Shown piece after piece: positions 60,900 to 64,000 of a stretch of DNA of 64,000 nucleotides; positions within the stretch are counted from its first letter, which is position 1; every line of letters starts with the position of its first letter. The stretch is from Moniliella sp. 'wahieum' (Eukaryota), in contig RSEE01000004.1 in NCBI GenBank assembly GCA_003971905.1, forward strand, positions 558,001-622,000. Direction: 5' to 3'. Under the pieces are notes generated by a model, which did no database searches, was not told the DNA's origin, and was given only the letters and a program-made list of their open reading frames with translations. The position numbers and the translations under genes are program-made.

Positions 60900-63800
60900 C
60901 GGTCGGCATCTCGTTCAAGGTGCCTGAGCGACAGGGCAGCCGTCGAGTACATCTTATCCGGGAAAGGAAGTGCATGTGGATCATCAACTCATGGCAGGTG
61001 CTCGTCAGCCCCCCCAGCGTGCGCAATGTGTCTGGGGAAAAACTGTAGTCGGGCGAGAGGGTCTTGATGACGGTCGAGATCCCCACAATCTGTCGCACCA
61101 GCCGATTTGCCTCTTCCCAAAGCCGATCCACGGGAGCGTCGCGCTCGCCAGGCGTACGGCGCGGCGTCATACTGCATTCTTGCCATGTTGAACGCAGAAG
61201 CCCCGTCAAACGATCACACTCCATCGCCTTGGATCGCGAGCGAAGCCAGAAGCATCCCGACGCGAGCGTCTCGCAAACCACCAGCAGGAGTGCTAGATCG
61301 TGGCGACCGTCCAGGGCTCGTCCCCTGCGGGGAGTCACTGTCCGGAAGAGCAAGCGATAGCCGGACCTGAGACTCCTTATTAGTAAAGTGCTGAATGTCC
61401 TCGTCTAATGCTGGGCCCAATAAGTTAGCCCATGCCGTGGCCGAGGTCATGGTGACCTTGTCCACCAAATTCAGTAGGTGGCTGTCCAGATCATCTGTCG
61501 GCTCGACTTGGTCCGATCCCGAGAGGGATGCTGGAGCACGGCGCCGTCCTTCTTGTGGAGGTGAAGATCGCCTCTTTGAAGTCCGTCAGCTCGGTGCTGT
61601 GCAGGCTACTGATCGACCCGACCCGAGTCCCATCTTCGTACACCAACTGACCTGTTCTGGTCCGGACAAATCCACTCCTCTTCCGCGCCCGGGACGGCGC
61701 AGGTGGCTCGGCCAGACTTCCCTGGACGACCCAGCGTCAAGCCATTCAGCGGAAGAGTTGCTAATACCTTGAGAATGATACGGCCCCATGGTTGGCCTTC
61801 GAACCAGAGCTTGTGCCGGGGGCTCGGGCTCACTCGATCCTCCACCTTGAAGGGGGTGTGAGACACGGGGGATGAAGAGGATATGATGGATTGTTCGCTT
61901 ATTGTGGCCAAAGTATTGTCCAACTTGTCTGCCCGCAAGGGCACCAACGTGGTGTCAGCGCGCAGATAGGCCTGGACCGACTCCATGTCGGGCTTGATTG
62001 CAAACCAGCAATTGCTCAACTCGACGCAGCTGCCATAAAGCATCATGAGAAATGCTCGGGTCAGACGCACGTCGGCTGTTTGCTGAAGTGGTTTGAGCTG
62101 CAGCTGCAACACCCGATGTCACTCGCTTAAATGTGGATAGTGAATCGCGGCAGGCGATCAGAACAAGGCGTACGACTTGCATATGCTCTGAATCTGTAGT
62201 CGAGGCCGTGCGCGCAACCGAGTCAAAGCGATCCAAAGCACGAATCAGTCCTGTCATTGAAGTGCTCGCCACCTCAAGGATCTTGTGGAACTGGAGGGAG
62301 ATGCGTTCGTCCAGGGTCAACGAAACGTACTGCTTCAACGCCGAGTGAATCTGACTTAGTGAGAAGAGGAGCCCGCGCGTCCCATCGACAAAACGCAAAA
62401 CAGGAGTGGGAATCGTTTTGGTTGCCAGAGGCATAGGCATGGCCGAGAAACGCTTGAAGTACGAGTTGCGCTCTGTGTCGATAGACTTGCCTCGTCCATG
62501 CGTTAAAGGGTTAGACGGTGTGGCAGAACGAACTTGAGTAACGGGAACGATCTTGCGGATCCCACTCGTATCCGATTCAGCCATGCTCCCTGTATGTGAG
62601 TGATTAGAGATGGAGGATGGCAAGGTGGGTAAAGAAGGCGTGAAACCCATGGAGAGCAGTCGACTGACCGAGTCGGACGGGGAATGCGAGGTAGATGAGG
62701 ATGTCGTAGCGCTTGAGGCCAAGCTCAACTTGCGTAGGCCTTGTGGCAGCTGTCGTGGGGGCGGGTGTGGATCGGGAGGTGGAGAACGAACGGAGTGAAT
62801 CGAGGTAGAGTAAGGTGTCATATCAGGGACATCGGCCAAGGACTTGACCGATCCCCCTGCGCTATGACTCGACCCATGCAAAGATGAGGACGAAGAAGCG
62901 GCACTGGGATGATGAGTATGCTCAGGGGCCAAGATGGCCTCGCCCATAGTGGGTGTGACCATTTGCTCGACCGCGTCATTTGTAAGAGATGCATCGGCCA
63001 ACTCCCCTGTTTGGGAGGGGTTGGGGTTCAATTGGAAAGGCTGAACTAGCGGACCCATCTTGACCAGCGAAGTGGGCGCGCGGACGTCGGGACTCGGGAA
63101 ATTGATCCTCCGATAATGATTTGCGCAATTCAGGCCCTGTAACTGGTTCCGGTCCAGGTGTAACGGGGCTCGAGTGGAAGTGCTAGAGGACAAAGAGACG
63201 ATGGAAGCTCCCCCTTGTGAACCTCCTACGTTCGGGTGTGCAGTCGGTGTAGATCCTAGTGGGGGAGTCGGCTCGGGTGGCTGATTCATCCCCATGCCGA
63301 TTGCGGCGGGGAAAGGCCCATCCCGAAGACGATTTAGGAAGACTGCCTGTCGATGTGGAGGAAATGCTAGACTCATTCCTCCTGTGGGCTCGGGAACGGG
63401 CCCAACGGGAAAATCCGAGACGGGGCACGGGGGAAGTGGGTCATCCAACGGGGAGTTGGCCAATTGGGTGAGGGTAGGTGGACCTTCACCCGGCGGAAAT
63501 TCCGGGGCTGGGGAAAAGGTGCCTCGATCCACTGATTGTGGGTGATTCCAAGGACGGGGTAGCAGTAGATGGTCGTGTTGGGGGTTGAATGGGAGGGATC
63601 AGAGCAGGTTCAGGTGTTTCCGAGGTTGGGGGAGGAGTGTAAAACCGCTCCCGCCAACACCATTGTCGATTGACTGGGACATGCCATGCTCCGTCTCAAA
63701 CGACTGAGACTTGTACGAGATGTGGCTGACGTACCCTCGGGAAGCGAGGAAACAGTACTCGAGATACTGGCTTGGGATGTCATGGCTACCGGTGCAGCAA

Positions 63801-64000
63801 AGGGGGATTTGCGCGCTGACTCGCCTCCTTTTGGGACTGGAGGGGGTGGGGGACGAGAGGGTAGAGCATGAGGTATATCGCGCGAATGAGAAGATCCATC
63901 GCGATCAGCTGTGATTGAAAACGAGGGTGTGAGCTCGCCAGCGAAGGGGAAAAAATGGAAGGGGGGACGTACAGCTTTGTTGTTGCTCGATCCAGTGCTG
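60900..64000 (-). CDS. SOG2: RAM-network protein Sog2, C-terminal part (5' end beyond the window, 3' end approximate)
   Basis: RNSYFKRFSAMP; FVDGTRGLLFSLSQIHSALKQY; LIRALDRFD; ADVRLTRAFLMMLYGSCVELSNCW. Confidence 0.85.

Noticed and set aside
1013..64000. Frameshifts in nearly every gene read as mass pseudogenisation or programmed frameshifting
   Set aside because: They hit essential genes, are mostly 1-nt losses, and also distinguish the near-identical LTR copies. This is typical of long-read consensus error.

Overview
GC-rich, intron-containing fungal genomic DNA, most likely a basidiomycete (judged from protein motifs and short GT-AG introns with CTRAC branch points). Almost every gene carries 1-nt indels, which points to an unpolished long-read assembly rather than real pseudogenes, so gene boundaries are approximate. 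Recognisable genes: MTF1, TOM20, a PX/PXB protein, CCC1/VIT1, a small secreted Cys-rich protein, a CTI6-like PHD protein, an M28 peptidase, an Ala/Gln-repeat protein, a Srk1/Rck2-type kinase, a Doa4-like deubiquitinase, an aldo-keto reductase, SREBP (Sre1), Ohr, CTF8 and the 3' part of SOG2. There are also five intron-containing tRNA genes and several Ty1/copia-type relics. Three things stand out. (1) A window-wide intergenic grammar of TGA/TCA triplets joined by self-complementary spacers: about 40 hand-counted T[CG]A-palindrome4-T[CG]A units using 13 of the 16 possible palindromic tetramers, clustered upstream of or between genes. (2) A head-to-tail, 4-LTR dimer of a 1.4-kb miniature LTR element under a single GGTAC target duplication. 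It is nested in a gag-only copia element, and its primer-binding site looks complementary to a tRNA-Tyr 5' half. (3) A tRNA with a Leu(CAA) anticodon and Leu-type D arm but no long variable arm.
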